Shown: positions 9,516-19,120 of the stretch, in pieces
Position numbering within the stretch: the stretch's first letter is position 1
Layout of the letters: each line of letters begins with the position of its first letter
Origin: Acidobacteriota bacterium
GTDB lineage: Bacteria; Acidobacteriota; UBA890; WLXD01
Reading direction: 5' to 3'
DNA length: 64,000 bases
NCBI GenBank assembly: GCA_965205505.1
Contig: CBDBHB010000008.1
Coordinates: forward strand, 672,001-736,000
Notes under the pieces: model-generated
The model's database searches: none
What the model saw: the letters and a program-made list of their open reading frames with translations, nothing else
Told to the model about the DNA's origin: nothing
Position numbers and translations under genes: made by a program

Positions 9516-10874
9516 TCAATGGATCAGGAAGATCTCCTCGTTCAGCGGCTGAATGAACTCGACGCCTCTGCTGGTGACCAGCTGCGGGTTCGAGATATTG
9601 AAGGCGAGCGGGTAGCCGGGACGCTCGTCGATGTTCATGTGAACCATGTACTCGAACGCGAAGAGGTGGTTTTCCTGGATCTTCAGATGGTGCGTGTTCG
9701 AGCGAAAGGCAGCCATGGAGGGACCCAGGTCGCCGTAGTTGCCGAAGGCGTGGTTGTCGATCGAGAAGCCGGGCTGATCGGTGTTGGCCAGAGCCTCCTG
9801 AATCATCTCGTAGTCTTCGGTGCCGATGTCGCGGAAGGGCGTGTACATATAGCCTGCGGCCTCCATCGCAGCGACCATCGCGTCGAGCGACTCCTTGGCG
9901 GTCATGCCGACCTTCATGTGGTCGCGCATGATCCACTGGCCGGCGATCGCCTTGTCGAAAACCTCCTGTAGGAAATCAGGGACTTTGGTCTCGCCCTCGC
10001 GCAGGATGTAGGCGTGGATCTTAGTGTCGACGCTGAAGCCCATGTAGTCGCCGCCGGGGCCACCGCTGCCGCCGACAAACAGGTCGCCCGGCTGCAGGAC
10101 GTACTCGGGGTTGTGGATGAACCAGCGCACGTCAGGTGGCGAGTTGTCGACCGTCATGTCGGGAGTATTGACCGCCGAGTAGTAAACCCGGGCGTTGATG
10201 TCGGCGATGGTCGTCACTCCTGCAACGACCTCGGATAGTCGTTCCTTGGCACGCTGGCGAGCGAGCGCCAGAACCTCGACCTGCGCGGCGATCTCGCGGG
10301 CGGTACGGCGGACGATGAAGTCGCGGATGACGTTCTCGGCCGAGACGATGCGGGCGCTGTACGTCGGCCCGAGGATGCGCTCGAGCTTGAGGTACTCGGA
10401 ATGTGAGATGCCGTCGGCGACCGGCTCCATCTCGGAGGTGTTGACCGCGATGGACTGCGGGTCGCGTTGCTCGACAAAACGGGTGATCTCGTCGTAGACG
10501 CCGGGCTTGTGGTCGTAGCCGGAGATCGCCAGGCCGAGCTCGAGGGAGCCGCGCACGTCGATCTTCTCGACCGCGCCGCCGCGCCCGAACACGGCGCGCT
10601 CGATGCGGTCACCGAGGTCACTAAAGATCAAGTAGCCGGAGGTGCGCCCGAACTGCAGCGCCATCGGATCCGGAGCGCCGGAACGGGTGACGTGAATCCA
10701 CATGTCGACGCCGTTATCACGCATGGCTCCCGGCAAGATAAGGTCGAGCTTGTCGTTGCGCATCAGGCGGAGCGCTTCGGCGTCGGTATCTGCGGTCCGC
10801 GCCGGCAGCTGCGCGTTGGCGGTGGGTACGGCGATCACTACGGCGATCACGAACAGCACGATCCGAGATTTCAT
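9516..10874 (-). CDS. Secreted M24 (Xaa-Pro peptidase-like) protein with divergent metal site
   Basis: Signal peptide MKSRIVLFVIAVV; LPGAMRDNGVDMWI, ADGISHSEY, AYILREGE typical of secreted M24 family. Confidence 0.75.
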   Translation of the reverse strand: MKSRIVLFVIAVVIAVPTANAQLPARTADTDAEALRLMRNDKLDLILPGAMRDNGVDMWIHVTRSGAPDPMALQFGRTSGYLIFSDLGDRIERAVFGRGGAVEKIDVRGSLELGLAISGYDHKPGVYDEITRFVEQRDPQSIAVNTSEMEPVADGISHSEYLKLERILGPTYSARIVSAENVIRDFIVRRTAREIAAQVEVLALARQRAKERLSEVVAGVTTIADINARVYYSAVNTPDMTVDNSPPDVRWFIHNPEYVLQPGDLFVGGSGGPGGDYMGFSVDTKIHAYILREGETKVPDFLQEVFDKAIAGQWIMRDHMKVGMTAKESLDAMVAAMEAAGYMYTPFRDIGTEDYEMIQEALANTDQPGFSIDNHAFGNYGDLGPSMAAFRSNTHHLKIQENHLFAFEYMVHMNIDERPGYPLAFNISNPQLVTSRGVEFIQPLNEEIFLIH

Positions 10875-10915
10875 CACTTCTCCGTCAAAGGCCATGGTAA
10901 GTATGGTGAGTCTGG

Positions 10916-12154
10916 CTACGGCGAGTTGGGGCCAGATGGAACGCGGCCCATCTGCCCCAGGTACCAGCGAATGAAGTCGTTCGTCCACCCTTCGAGCGCC
11001 GAATACGGCCCAGGCTGGTAGCGGCGCGAGGCCACACCACGGCTGTTGGTCTCGATGATCACGGCATCCTGCTGCGTGGTGAGGTCCCACATCCACTTGA
11101 GGCGGTCGACGTCGTAGTCCACTCCCTCCTCGGCATCTTCGTGGACGAGCCAGGTCAAACATACCTCGGTGAGATCCGCGCTGACCGGCGAGAACCGGAA
11201 CATCGTAGCGTAGTCATTCGGGACCACGACGAAGCCGAAGTAGCCGAACCCCATGCTGGTGACACCGCCATCGTACTCGGTGAACTCACCCATGAGCGGC
11301 GCCACCGGCTTGCCGTCTTCCGAGCAGGTCTGGAAGCCCTCCCGGATGGGATCTCGATAGGCGGCGAACCGCGGCACACCGTTGGCACCATCCGCCCGGA
11401 TCGCCTCGGTGATATAGCCGAGCGCCTCGGCCCTCTCGGTCCACTGCTCGCGGAGCCCACCGAAGGCTCGTGCGGTGTTGGAGTCGGGGTGCTCCTCGGC
11501 ACGTACATAGGCATTGACCGAGGTGTACTGCGGGTGGCTGCTGGTGCAGTGGTAGCACTCCAGGAAGTTCTCCAGGGTGAGCTTCCAGTTGCCGTGCGTC
11601 GGGTACCGGGCGACGTGGGCGACCTTGCTGCGCGCCGTTCCGTGAAGGCGCAGGTAGGGGGTCATCGCCTCGATCGCAGCGTCGAGGTCAGGCGCCGCGT
11701 CGCTCAGGCAGACGAAGATCAGGCCTTCCGACACACGCACCTGACAGCGGTGCAACCCGAACTCCGAGGCGTCGAGGTCGGGGCTGATGTGCCGCCAGGC
11801 GACCAGCTCGCCGTCCAGGTCGTACGCCCAAGCGTGATAGTTGCAGACGAGGCGCTTGTGGTTGCCGCTGGCCTGCTCGCAGATTCGGGAGCCGCGATGC
11901 CGGCAGACGTTAAAGAACGCGTTCACCGCGCCCTCCTCGCTTCGAATCACGATGATGGATTCGCCGGCGATCTCGAACAGGAGGTAGTCTCCGGCCTCGG
12001 GGATTCGGGACACGTGATCGACCAGGAGCCACTGGCGCATGAACACACGGTCCATCTCGCGCTCGAAGATCTCGGGATCGCGATAGAACGGTTGCTCCAG
12101 CGAAAACCCCGGACGCTGTCTGTCAATCAGCTCGGAAAGCCTGGGGCGCTCCAA
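10916..12154 (-). CDS. Rieske non-heme iron oxygenase alpha subunit (GbcA/Stc2-like, probable N-demethylase)
   Basis: Rieske motif CRHRG...CNYHAW; mononuclear Fe motif NWKLTLENFLECYHC..SHP; C-terminal YQPGPYS. Confidence 0.9.
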   Translation of the reverse strand: MERPRLSELIDRQRPGFSLEQPFYRDPEIFEREMDRVFMRQWLLVDHVSRIPEAGDYLLFEIAGESIIVIRSEEGAVNAFFNVCRHRGSRICEQASGNHKRLVCNYHAWAYDLDGELVAWRHISPDLDASEFGLHRCQVRVSEGLIFVCLSDAAPDLDAAIEAMTPYLRLHGTARSKVAHVARYPTHGNWKLTLENFLECYHCTSSHPQYTSVNAYVRAEEHPDSNTARAFGGLREQWTERAEALGYITEAIRADGANGVPRFAAYRDPIREGFQTCSEDGKPVAPLMGEFTEYDGGVTSMGFGYFGFVVVPNDYATMFRFSPVSADLTEVCLTWLVHEDAEEGVDYDVDRLKWMWDLTTQQDAVIIETNSRGVASRRYQPGPYSALEGWTNDFIRWYLGQMGRVPSGPNSP

Positions 12155-12158
12155 GGTG

Positions 12159-12919
12159 TCAATCCTCTCCGGCTAGCTCGAGCAGAGCGCTGCTGATACC
12201 CGCAGTGGTGCCACCGTCAACGGCGATGGCCTGCCCGGTAATATAGCCACAGTCTCCGGCGCACAGAAAGTGGATCGCGGCGGCGATCTCGTCCGGCTTG
12301 GCGAGCCGGCCGAGCGGCGCCGTGCGATACGCCGCTCTGACGATGTAGGCCACATCCTCCTCGTGCGCCAACGGCGTGTCGACGACGCCAGGACACACGC
12401 AGTTGACTCGAATGCCCCTGGGGGCGAGTCGATCGCAGCGGTCTTGGTCAATCCGACCAGAGCCCACTTGGCGGCAGCGTAGGCACCGAGATCGGGGACG
12501 CCGCGAAGACCCGCGATCGAGGACGTGTTTACGATCGCTCCACCCTCTTCCATTCGCACCGCCGCGTACCGCATGCCGAGTAGCGCGGTGACTGTGTTGA
12601 GTCGGAAATCATACTCCAGCGCCTCGATTTCCAAGCTGTCCAGCCCCGCAGGCGGGGTCCCGCCGCCGACGTTGTTCACCATGATATCGAGCCGCTCGTA
12701 ACGCTCGAGCGTGGTATCGATCAGGTTGGCCACGTCCTGTTCCCGGGTAAGGTCGGCGCGCACGAACAGCCCGTCGACGCGAGCCGCCAACTCGGTGCCA
12801 TCCTGAATATCGGCAATCACCACGGCGGCACCGGCGGCCGCGAGCCTCTCGACCGTGGCCAGCCCGATGCCCGAGGCCCCGCCGGTGACCACTGCGACCC
12901 GGCCGTCGAGATCGAACAT
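12159..12919 (-). pseudogene. Short-chain dehydrogenase/reductase with 1-bp deletion frameshift near 12429
   Basis: VVTGGASGIG, NNVG, YAAAK in one frame; ATC GA CTC GCC (expected GAG CTC) shifts to LAPRGIRVNCVCPGVVDTPL...ITGQAIAVDGG. Confidence 0.85.
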
Positions 12920-12924
12920 CCGCC

Positions 12925-13060
12925 TCATCTCATCTGTCGGAGGTACCAGTCCACGAACTGCCGCGTGAAGCCCTCGAGCAGCGAGTAGGGTCCAGGAGAG
13001 TAGCGCATCGACTCCAGGCCGCGCTGGTTGTTCTCGATAAGAACCTGGTCCTGGCGCGTG
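12925..13060 (-). pseudogene. C-terminal remnant of a second Rieske oxygenase alpha subunit
   Basis: TRQDQVLIENNQRGLESMRYSPGPYSLLEGFTRQFVDWYLRQM aligns with the C-terminus of 10916-12154 (TQQDAVIIETNSRGVASRRYQPGPYSALEGWTNDFIRWYLGQM). Confidence 0.85.
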
Positions 13061-13225
13061 GATGATGTCGACGACCTCGTTCGTAACCGGGTCGATGAGG
13101 TGGACGTTGTCGCCGGCAGCGTTCGTCTGGATGATGCGGACCGTCCCCGTCTGGGCGCCCACGCTGCCTGAAAGACAAGCAATCGCCAGCGTCAGAACGA
13201 TAGATCGCGGGGGCACGCAGCTCAT
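13057..13225 (-). pseudogene. N-terminal remnant of secreted YVTN/YncE-type beta-propeller protein
   Basis: RBS AGGAGG, signal peptide, then VRIIQTNAAGDNVHLIDPVTNEVVDII, truncated at the junction with the Rieske remnant. Confidence 0.75.
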
Positions 13226-13427
13226 TTCCGCCTCCTGCCGGGATCCGGGCCCCGGAACGGAAAGCACGTACGGCACCGACTCCGGCAAGTGTAGGCGGAC
13301 CGCAAGTGCTGGGGCGGCCAACCCGGGCCCGCGGGTAATTCGCAGAAGACCGCGATAACCTGATCGGCCGAGATAGCGACGATACGCGCTGCCCCGAACG
13401 CTTGACGACACCACAGGAGAGCTTCCC

Positions 13428-14276
13428 ATGAAGACGCGGTTCCTCGTCTCGATCACGCTGCTTACATGCCTGACCCTTACGGCGCCGCTCTACGCACAAC
13501 AGGGCAACCAGAAGGACATGATGACCTTCGAGCGACCCATCGCAATGCCCGACAACGTCTGGATCGAAGAGCTGACGATGCTCGAGGTGCGCGACCTGTT
13601 GCGCTCCGGGACCAACACAGCGCTCATCCTCACCGGCGGCATCGAGGAGAACGGCCCCTATCTCACCACCGGCAAACACAACCACGTCCTGCGGGTGATG
13701 GGCGACGCTATCGCGCGCCAGCTGGGCAACACGCTAGTGGCCCCGATCGTCACCATCGAGCCCGGAGACCCGGAGACCGCCAGCTCTCCCGGCGGCATTC
13801 GCTACTCGCAAGAGACCTATCGTGCCGTGCTGCGCGACTACGCGACCAGCCTGAAGGCACAGGGCTTCACGAGGATCTTCATGCTGGGCGACAGCGGCGG
13901 CAATACGCGCGGCCTGGCTTCTGTTGCCGACGAGCTTTCCAATGCCTGGGAGAACGAGGGCGTGGTCGTGGCGCACATTCCCGAGTACTACAACTACAGC
14001 GACGTCCACGCGTACCAGCGCGACGTTCTCGGCGTCGACGAGGACCCTCGGCTCGAGGGCTTGCACGACGACTACTACATCACGACGATGATCATGAACG
14101 ATGATCCACAGTTCGTTCGCTTCGAGCAGCGCGTGCAGGCCGACAAGGCGTCGATCAACGGAATCGACATCACCCCGATCGGCGAGGCACTGCAGCATGG
14201 TCGGCGACTCATCGAGTTTCGCGCCAATGCCACGGTTGAGGCCATCCATCGAGTGATCGCAACACACGGCCATTGA
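13428..14276 (+). CDS. Secreted creatininase/creatinine amidohydrolase family protein
   Basis: IEELTMLEVRD, TGGIEENGPYLTTGKHN, MLGDSGGN; signal peptide; RBS AGGAG. Confidence 0.88.
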   Translation: MKTRFLVSITLLTCLTLTAPLYAQQGNQKDMMTFERPIAMPDNVWIEELTMLEVRDLLRSGTNTALILTGGIEENGPYLTTGKHNHVLRVMGDAIARQLGNTLVAPIVTIEPGDPETASSPGGIRYSQETYRAVLRDYATSLKAQGFTRIFMLGDSGGNTRGLASVADELSNAWENEGVVVAHIPEYYNYSDVHAYQRDVLGVDEDPRLEGLHDDYYITTMIMNDDPQFVRFEQRVQADKASINGIDITPIGEALQHGRRLIEFRANATVEAIHRVIATHGH

Positions 14277-14385
14277 GTTGACAGATAGCCAACTCTTTAA
14301 CCACCCTCAGAGGATCGATCCCGGAATCACGCTATCGTGGAGGCTCCCTCACATGCGCCAGATCCGCTTACCCCGCATCGACCGA

Positions 14386-16854
14386 ATGCAGCATTCCGCA
14401 TACCTCGCGGCTCTGCTGATCGCCGGCTTCGCCGCGACCGCCATCGCGCGGCCGCAGATGCCGACCGATGCCCGCTACCAGACGCCGTCGCCGGAGCTCG
14501 TGGCACTCGCCGACGCCCCGAACACGCCGCTGGTATCGGTCAGTCCCGACGGTGTTCGAATCGTGCTCATGGAGGTCCCGTCGCTAGGGACGATCGCCGA
14601 CCTGGCGCAACCTGAGCTGCGCATAGCCGGATTGCGCATCAACCCGCGCACCAACGGCCCGAGTCGCGATCGCTATTACACCGGCCTGACGATCCGCCGG
14701 CTGTCGGATGGCGCCGCGATGCCGGTAGCCGGCCTGCCGGCCGCGCCGCATCTAGGCAACCTGTCCTGGTCTCCCGACGGCGCGTGGATCGCGCTTACGC
14801 ACCAGGTCGACGGCGGCATCGAGCTGTGGATCGTCGATACGGAGCTGGCAACCGCACGTCGCCTTGTCGGCCCGCGTGTCAACGGCTCATACGGACGCCC
14901 CTTCGTCTGGAACAGCGACAGCACCTCCATGGTTGCTCGCGTGGTACCTGAAGACCGCGGACCAGCACCCGAGCGCTCGCCCGTTCCGACCGGCCCGGTG
15001 ATCCAGCAGAGCGCCGGGCGGGAAGCACAGGCACGCACCTACCAGGACCTTCTCGCAGACGCTCACGACGAAGCGCTGTTCGAGCATCATCTGAGCGCGC
15101 GCGTCGCCATCGTCGGGCTCGACGGCAGCCTCGAGGAGATCGGCGCCGGCGGCTTGATAAGCCGTGCCGAGCCCTCGCCTGACGGCAAGTTCCTGCTGGT
15201 AGAGACGCTCCACCGGCCCTTCTCGTACACCGTACCGGTGCGGCGGTTCCCGCGCCGTATCGAGGTGTGGGCAAGAGACGGCACCGGGGTGAAGACGATC
15301 GCCGACCTGCCGTTGGGCAACGAGATTCCACCGGGGTTCGACTCGGTGGCCGCCGGTCCACGCGCCGTCGGGTGGCGCGACGGGACCGATGCGACGCTGC
15401 ATTGGGTGGAGGCGCAGGACGGCGGCGATGCACGAGCGAACAGCGCGGTTCGCGATCGCATGCTGCTACTTACCGCCCCGTTCGAGGGCGAGGCACGCGC
15501 GATAGCCGATCTCGGCGCGCGCTTCCGGGATGTGCAATGGGGCGCGGGCAACCTAGCGTTGGTGAGCGAGTATTGGCGTCGCAACCGCCAGACGCGAACC
15601 TGGGTGATACGACCCGACTCCATCGACGCCAGCCCCGAACTGCTGTGGAGTCGGTCGTCCGAGGATCGTTACAGCGACCCGGGCCGGCCGGTAACCAACC
15701 ACACTGACCGTGGCTCCGTCCTGGCCACCTCCGACGACGGCGCGGTGCTCTTCTTGATCGGACGAGGCGCCTCGCCCGAAGGGACCCGGCCATTCGTCGA
15801 CAAGCTCGACTTGCGCAGCGGCGACAGCGAGCGTTTGTGGCGCTCCGAAGCCCCCTACTACGAGATGCCTGTCGCCCTGCTAGACACGGAGGGCAAGCGC
15901 TTGCTCACGCGGCGCGAATCGGTAGACGAGCCCCCCAATTACTTCGTGCGCGACCTCGTCGACGACAGCCTGCAGCGCATCACCAGCTTCCCGCACCCGA
16001 CGCCGCAGCTCGCCGGCGCCACCAAGCAACTGGTGCACTATGAGCGCGCCGACGGAGTGCAGCTCACCGGCACTCTCTACCTTCCCCCCGGACACAGCGA
16101 GGGCGACGGCCCTTTGCCGATGTTGATGTGGGCCTACCCCATCGAGTTCAAGGACGCCAGCTTCGCCGGGCAGGTCTCCAATTCGCCCTACGAGTTCACC
16201 CGCATGAGCTACTGGGGCGCCTTGCCAATGCTCACACAGGGGTGGGCAGTCTTCGACGATCCGAAGCTGCCAATCATCGGCGAGGGCAACGAGGAGCCCA
16301 ACGACGGCTACCGCGAACAGCTGGTCGCAGGCGCGGCGGCGGCGGTGAAGACAATGGTCGATCGCGGCGTCGCCGACCCCGATCGAATCGCTATCGGCGG
16401 CCACTCCTACGGCGCGTTCATGACCGCGAACCTGCTGGCGCACTCCGACTTGTTCCGCGCCGGGATCGCGCGCTCGGGCGCCTACAACCGCACGTTGACG
16501 CCATTCGGCTTTCAGTCGGAGGAGCGCACGTTCTGGAAGGCGCCGGAGGTGTATTTCGCCATGTCTCCCTTCATGCACGCCGACAAGGTCAACGAGCCGA
16601 TCTTGATGATTCACGGCGTCGCCGACAACAACTCCGGCACATTCCCGGTTCAGAGCGAGCGTTTCTTCGCGGCGCTGCAGGGCCACGGTGCATCCGCACG
16701 CCTGGTGATGCTGCCGCACGAGAGCCACGGCTATCGGGCCCGCGAATCGATCCTCCACATGCTCTGGGAGCAGTCTGAGTTCCTGGCGCGCTATGTCGAG
16801 CACGGGCCGCCTCGGGGCGAGATAACCGAAGGCTCCGCCGACGCCGGACACTAG
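14386..16854 (+). CDS. S9 family serine peptidase (glutamyl-peptidase-like)
   Basis: GGHSYGAFMTANLL, ARSGAYNRTLTPFGFQ, HGVADNNSGT, LPHESHGY; signal peptide. Confidence 0.92.
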   Translation: MQHSAYLAALLIAGFAATAIARPQMPTDARYQTPSPELVALADAPNTPLVSVSPDGVRIVLMEVPSLGTIADLAQPELRIAGLRINPRTNGPSRDRYYTGLTIRRLSDGAAMPVAGLPAAPHLGNLSWSPDGAWIALTHQVDGGIELWIVDTELATARRLVGPRVNGSYGRPFVWNSDSTSMVARVVPEDRGPAPERSPVPTGPVIQQSAGREAQARTYQDLLADAHDEALFEHHLSARVAIVGLDGSLEEIGAGGLISRAEPSPDGKFLLVETLHRPFSYTVPVRRFPRRIEVWARDGTGVKTIADLPLGNEIPPGFDSVAAGPRAVGWRDGTDATLHWVEAQDGGDARANSAVRDRMLLLTAPFEGEARAIADLGARFRDVQWGAGNLALVSEYWRRNRQTRTWVIRPDSIDASPELLWSRSSEDRYSDPGRPVTNHTDRGSVLATSDDGAVLFLIGRGASPEGTRPFVDKLDLRSGDSERLWRSEAPYYEMPVALLDTEGKRLLTRRESVDEPPNYFVRDLVDDSLQRITSFPHPTPQLAGATKQLVHYERADGVQLTGTLYLPPGHSEGDGPLPMLMWAYPIEFKDASFAGQVSNSPYEFTRMSYWGALPMLTQGWAVFDDPKLPIIGEGNEEPNDGYREQLVAGAAAAVKTMVDRGVADPDRIAIGGHSYGAFMTANLLAHSDLFRAGIARSGAYNRTLTPFGFQSEERTFWKAPEVYFAMSPFMHADKVNEPILMIHGVADNNSGTFPVQSERFFAALQGHGASARLVMLPHESHGYRARESILHMLWEQSEFLARYVEHGPPRGEITEGSADAGH

Positions 16855-16866
16855 TGGCCACTAGTG
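16849..16866. repeat. Perfect 18-bp palindrome overlapping the S9 peptidase stop
   Basis: CACTAGTGGCCACTAGTG equals its own reverse complement. Confidence 0.8.
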
Positions 16867-16886
16867 CCGCGCCCCGTCGCGCTCGC

Positions 16887-16906
16887 CACAAACGTCACCG
16901 TTTGTG
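16887..16906. terminator. Hairpin between convergent genes (possible terminator or operator)
   Basis: CACAAACG-TCAC-CGTTTGTG, 8-bp stem. Confidence 0.4.
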
Positions 16907-16907
16907 A

Positions 16908-18077
16908 TCAGTCTGATTCCGACAACGCCAGCACAGCGAAGGCCGTCGCCAGATCGGACATGAACAGCCTGCGGACGGCCTCGCCCTTATCCCCGCCGTG
17001 CTCGCGGTCGAAGTTGAGCGAGTGCGCCCGCCACGCGGGCGGCGTTTGATCGTTGACTTTCACCGCCCCCTGGCTGGCGCGCAGCCATCTCAGCCCTCGG
17101 TCGACCGCGGGTTGGCTCGCCGACGCGCCCGCTTCCCGGAGCGCATGAACTACCAACCCGGTGGCGTAGCCGTCGGACTTCGCCAGCAGCGTATCGTCCA
17201 GCTCACCCGGAGACTTGAACGGTGCTTCCGACCCGCTCCACCGCCACTCGCCGAGCGACCAGAGCGACCAGCCGCCGTCGTCCTGCTGGCGTTGCTCGAG
17301 CTCCGCGATCAGAGCTTTCTGTTGCGCCGTCGTCAGCAGACCCACGAGCTGCGTTGACGCCAGCAGCACCCACGTACGGTTGTAGAGACTGCGCGTCGCA
17401 TAGCTCGCCCTCAGATACGCGCGAAGTCCCTCGACGCCGGCCGCGGCATGGGGCTGCGTACTCGTCGCGGCCGCGCCGGCCCTGCCGATCGCCAGCGCGG
17501 CAAGCGCCGAGCCGTGATAGACGGCTTCGACCGTCTCGAAGGGTTCCAGGCCGAACTGAAGCCAATCCCAGGCGCCGTCCGAACGCTGAGTCTCCCACAG
17601 CCGCCGCAACGCTCGCTGGGTCACCTCGTCAGACGCGTTCCCGTCGGCAGCGATTACGATCAGCGCGTTGAGGACCGCCTCGGTGCCGCGCGACTCGACC
17701 TTCTTCGTCTCGCTGAACTCGTAGAGAAGCTCGTGATCGGCATACGTTTCCACGCGCTCGATGACCTGCTCGAGCAGCCGGCGCTCCTGAGATGTCGGAG
17801 CCGCGACGCCCATCTCTTGCCTGAGCACCGGACGCGACAGGGCATAGGGAAGGGTCGTGTGGCAGGAGACACAGTTCGTGGTGCCGCTCCCGGTGCGCAG
17901 GGGTGTGCCCTCGGCCAGCCAGATCTCCATGCGCGCGTCGAGATACGTGGCGGCGCCTGCCCGATCCCATTCGTCGCCCTCGGCTGCACGCTGCGACGGA
18001 GCCACCGCGTGGGCCGTGACTCCGGCGAGCACGGTAGCCGCTGCAAGACTGATCGCGAGCCTCATGACGGGCCTCAT
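16908..18077 (-). CDS. Secreted prenyltransferase/squalene-cyclase-repeat (alpha-alpha toroid) protein with CxxCH
   Basis: CVSCHT; QW-like repeats QRSDGAW and QQDDGGW; SDGYATG; signal peptide. Confidence 0.7.
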   Translation of the reverse strand: MRPVMRLAISLAAATVLAGVTAHAVAPSQRAAEGDEWDRAGAATYLDARMEIWLAEGTPLRTGSGTTNCVSCHTTLPYALSRPVLRQEMGVAAPTSQERRLLEQVIERVETYADHELLYEFSETKKVESRGTEAVLNALIVIAADGNASDEVTQRALRRLWETQRSDGAWDWLQFGLEPFETVEAVYHGSALAALAIGRAGAAATSTQPHAAAGVEGLRAYLRASYATRSLYNRTWVLLASTQLVGLLTTAQQKALIAELEQRQQDDGGWSLWSLGEWRWSGSEAPFKSPGELDDTLLAKSDGYATGLVVHALREAGASASQPAVDRGLRWLRASQGAVKVNDQTPPAWRAHSLNFDREHGGDKGEAVRRLFMSDLATAFAVLALSESD

Positions 18078-18136
18078 TCGGTACCTCTCTGGCTGACTGG
18101 AACGCTCTCAAGTTCCAGGAAACGCTACCACCCTGG

Positions 18137-19120
18137 CTAGCCGGCCCTCGACCCACGCCACGCCGCAAGGGCGTCCTCGGCGTAGTGACACGCGACGGTG
18201 TGGCCCGGCACGAGCTCTCGAAGAGTCGGTCGCTCGCTGTGGCAGCGCTGCTGCGCCAGCGGACACCGGGGGTGGAAGGCGCACCCCGGCGGTGGGGCGC
18301 TCGGACTCGGCAGACTCCCGCCCAGCGCCATCCGCGCCCGACGGTCGCGTTGATGCAGCTGCGGCACTGCCGAACGCAGCGCCTGGGTATAGGGATGCGC
18401 AGGAGCGTCGAGCAGATTCGCCGTCGAGCCCTGCTCGATGATGCGCCCCAGGTACAGCACGGCGGTCTCCTCGCAAAGCTTGGCGATCACCGCCAGGTTG
18501 TGGGAGATCAGCAGGTAAGCGAGGCGTCGCTCCTGGCGCAGTTTCCTGATCAGTGCCAGAATCCGCGCCTGCACGGTGACATCGACGGCGCTGGTCGGCT
18601 CGTCCAGCACCAGCACCCGGGGACGCACCGCAAGCGCACGGGCCAGCACGACGCGTTGCCGCTGACCACCCGACAGCTGATGCGGGTAACGGTCTGCGTG
18701 CTCAGCCTCGAGCTCTACCTCGGAAAGATGCTGCCGCACGCGCTCGACCATCTCGTCTCGGGCAACGATATCGTGTGCGATCAACGCTTCGCGCACCGCC
18801 TCGCCAACCTTCATTCGCGGATCGAGGCTAGAGTCGGTGTCCTGGAAAACGATCTGCACCGCCCTACGGAAAGCCTTCAGCGAGCGCCCTCGGAGCGCTT
18901 GCACCTCATCCCCATCGAGCCAAATCTTGCCCGCCGAAAGCGGCACCAGCCGAGTCACGGCGCGCGCCAGCGTCGTCTTTCCGGAGCCGCACTCGCCGAC
19001 GAGACCCAGGCCGAATGGTCCGGCTGGCAGCTCGAACGACACCCCGTCGATGGCGGGCACGTTGCCGAAGCGCACCTGCACGTCGTGCGCGCGCAGCAAC
19101 GAGGGCAACGGCTCGTTCAT
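18137..19120 (-). CDS. Peptide ABC transporter ATP-binding subunit (OppF/DppF-like)
   Basis: GECGSGKT, LSGGQRQR, VLDEPTS, HPYT, GCAFHPRCP. Confidence 0.92.
   Translation of the reverse strand: MNEPLPSLLRAHDVQVRFGNVPAIDGVSFELPAGPFGLGLVGECGSGKTTLARAVTRLVPLSAGKIWLDGDEVQALRGRSLKAFRRAVQIVFQDTDSSLDPRMKVGEAVREALIAHDIVARDEMVERVRQHLSEVELEAEHADRYPHQLSGGQRQRVVLARALAVRPRVLVLDEPTSAVDVTVQARILALIRKLRQERRLAYLLISHNLAVIAKLCEETAVLYLGRIIEQGSTANLLDAPAHPYTQALRSAVPQLHQRDRRARMALGGSLPSPSAPPPGCAFHPRCPLAQQRCHSERPTLRELVPGHTVACHYAEDALAAWRGSRAG

Noticed and set aside
12173-13456. 427-aa propeller-SDR fusion protein from the ORF track
   Set aside because: Chance in-frame read-through across a deletion junction and off-frame Rieske remnant; the SDR has its own RBS and ATG at 12919.
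14278-14310. Sigma70 promoter at TTGACA upstream of the S9 peptidase
   Set aside because: No credible -10 hexamer at 16-18 bp spacing.
16908-18077. Squalene-hopene cyclase
   Set aside because: Too short, exported, and lacks the DxDD catalytic motif.
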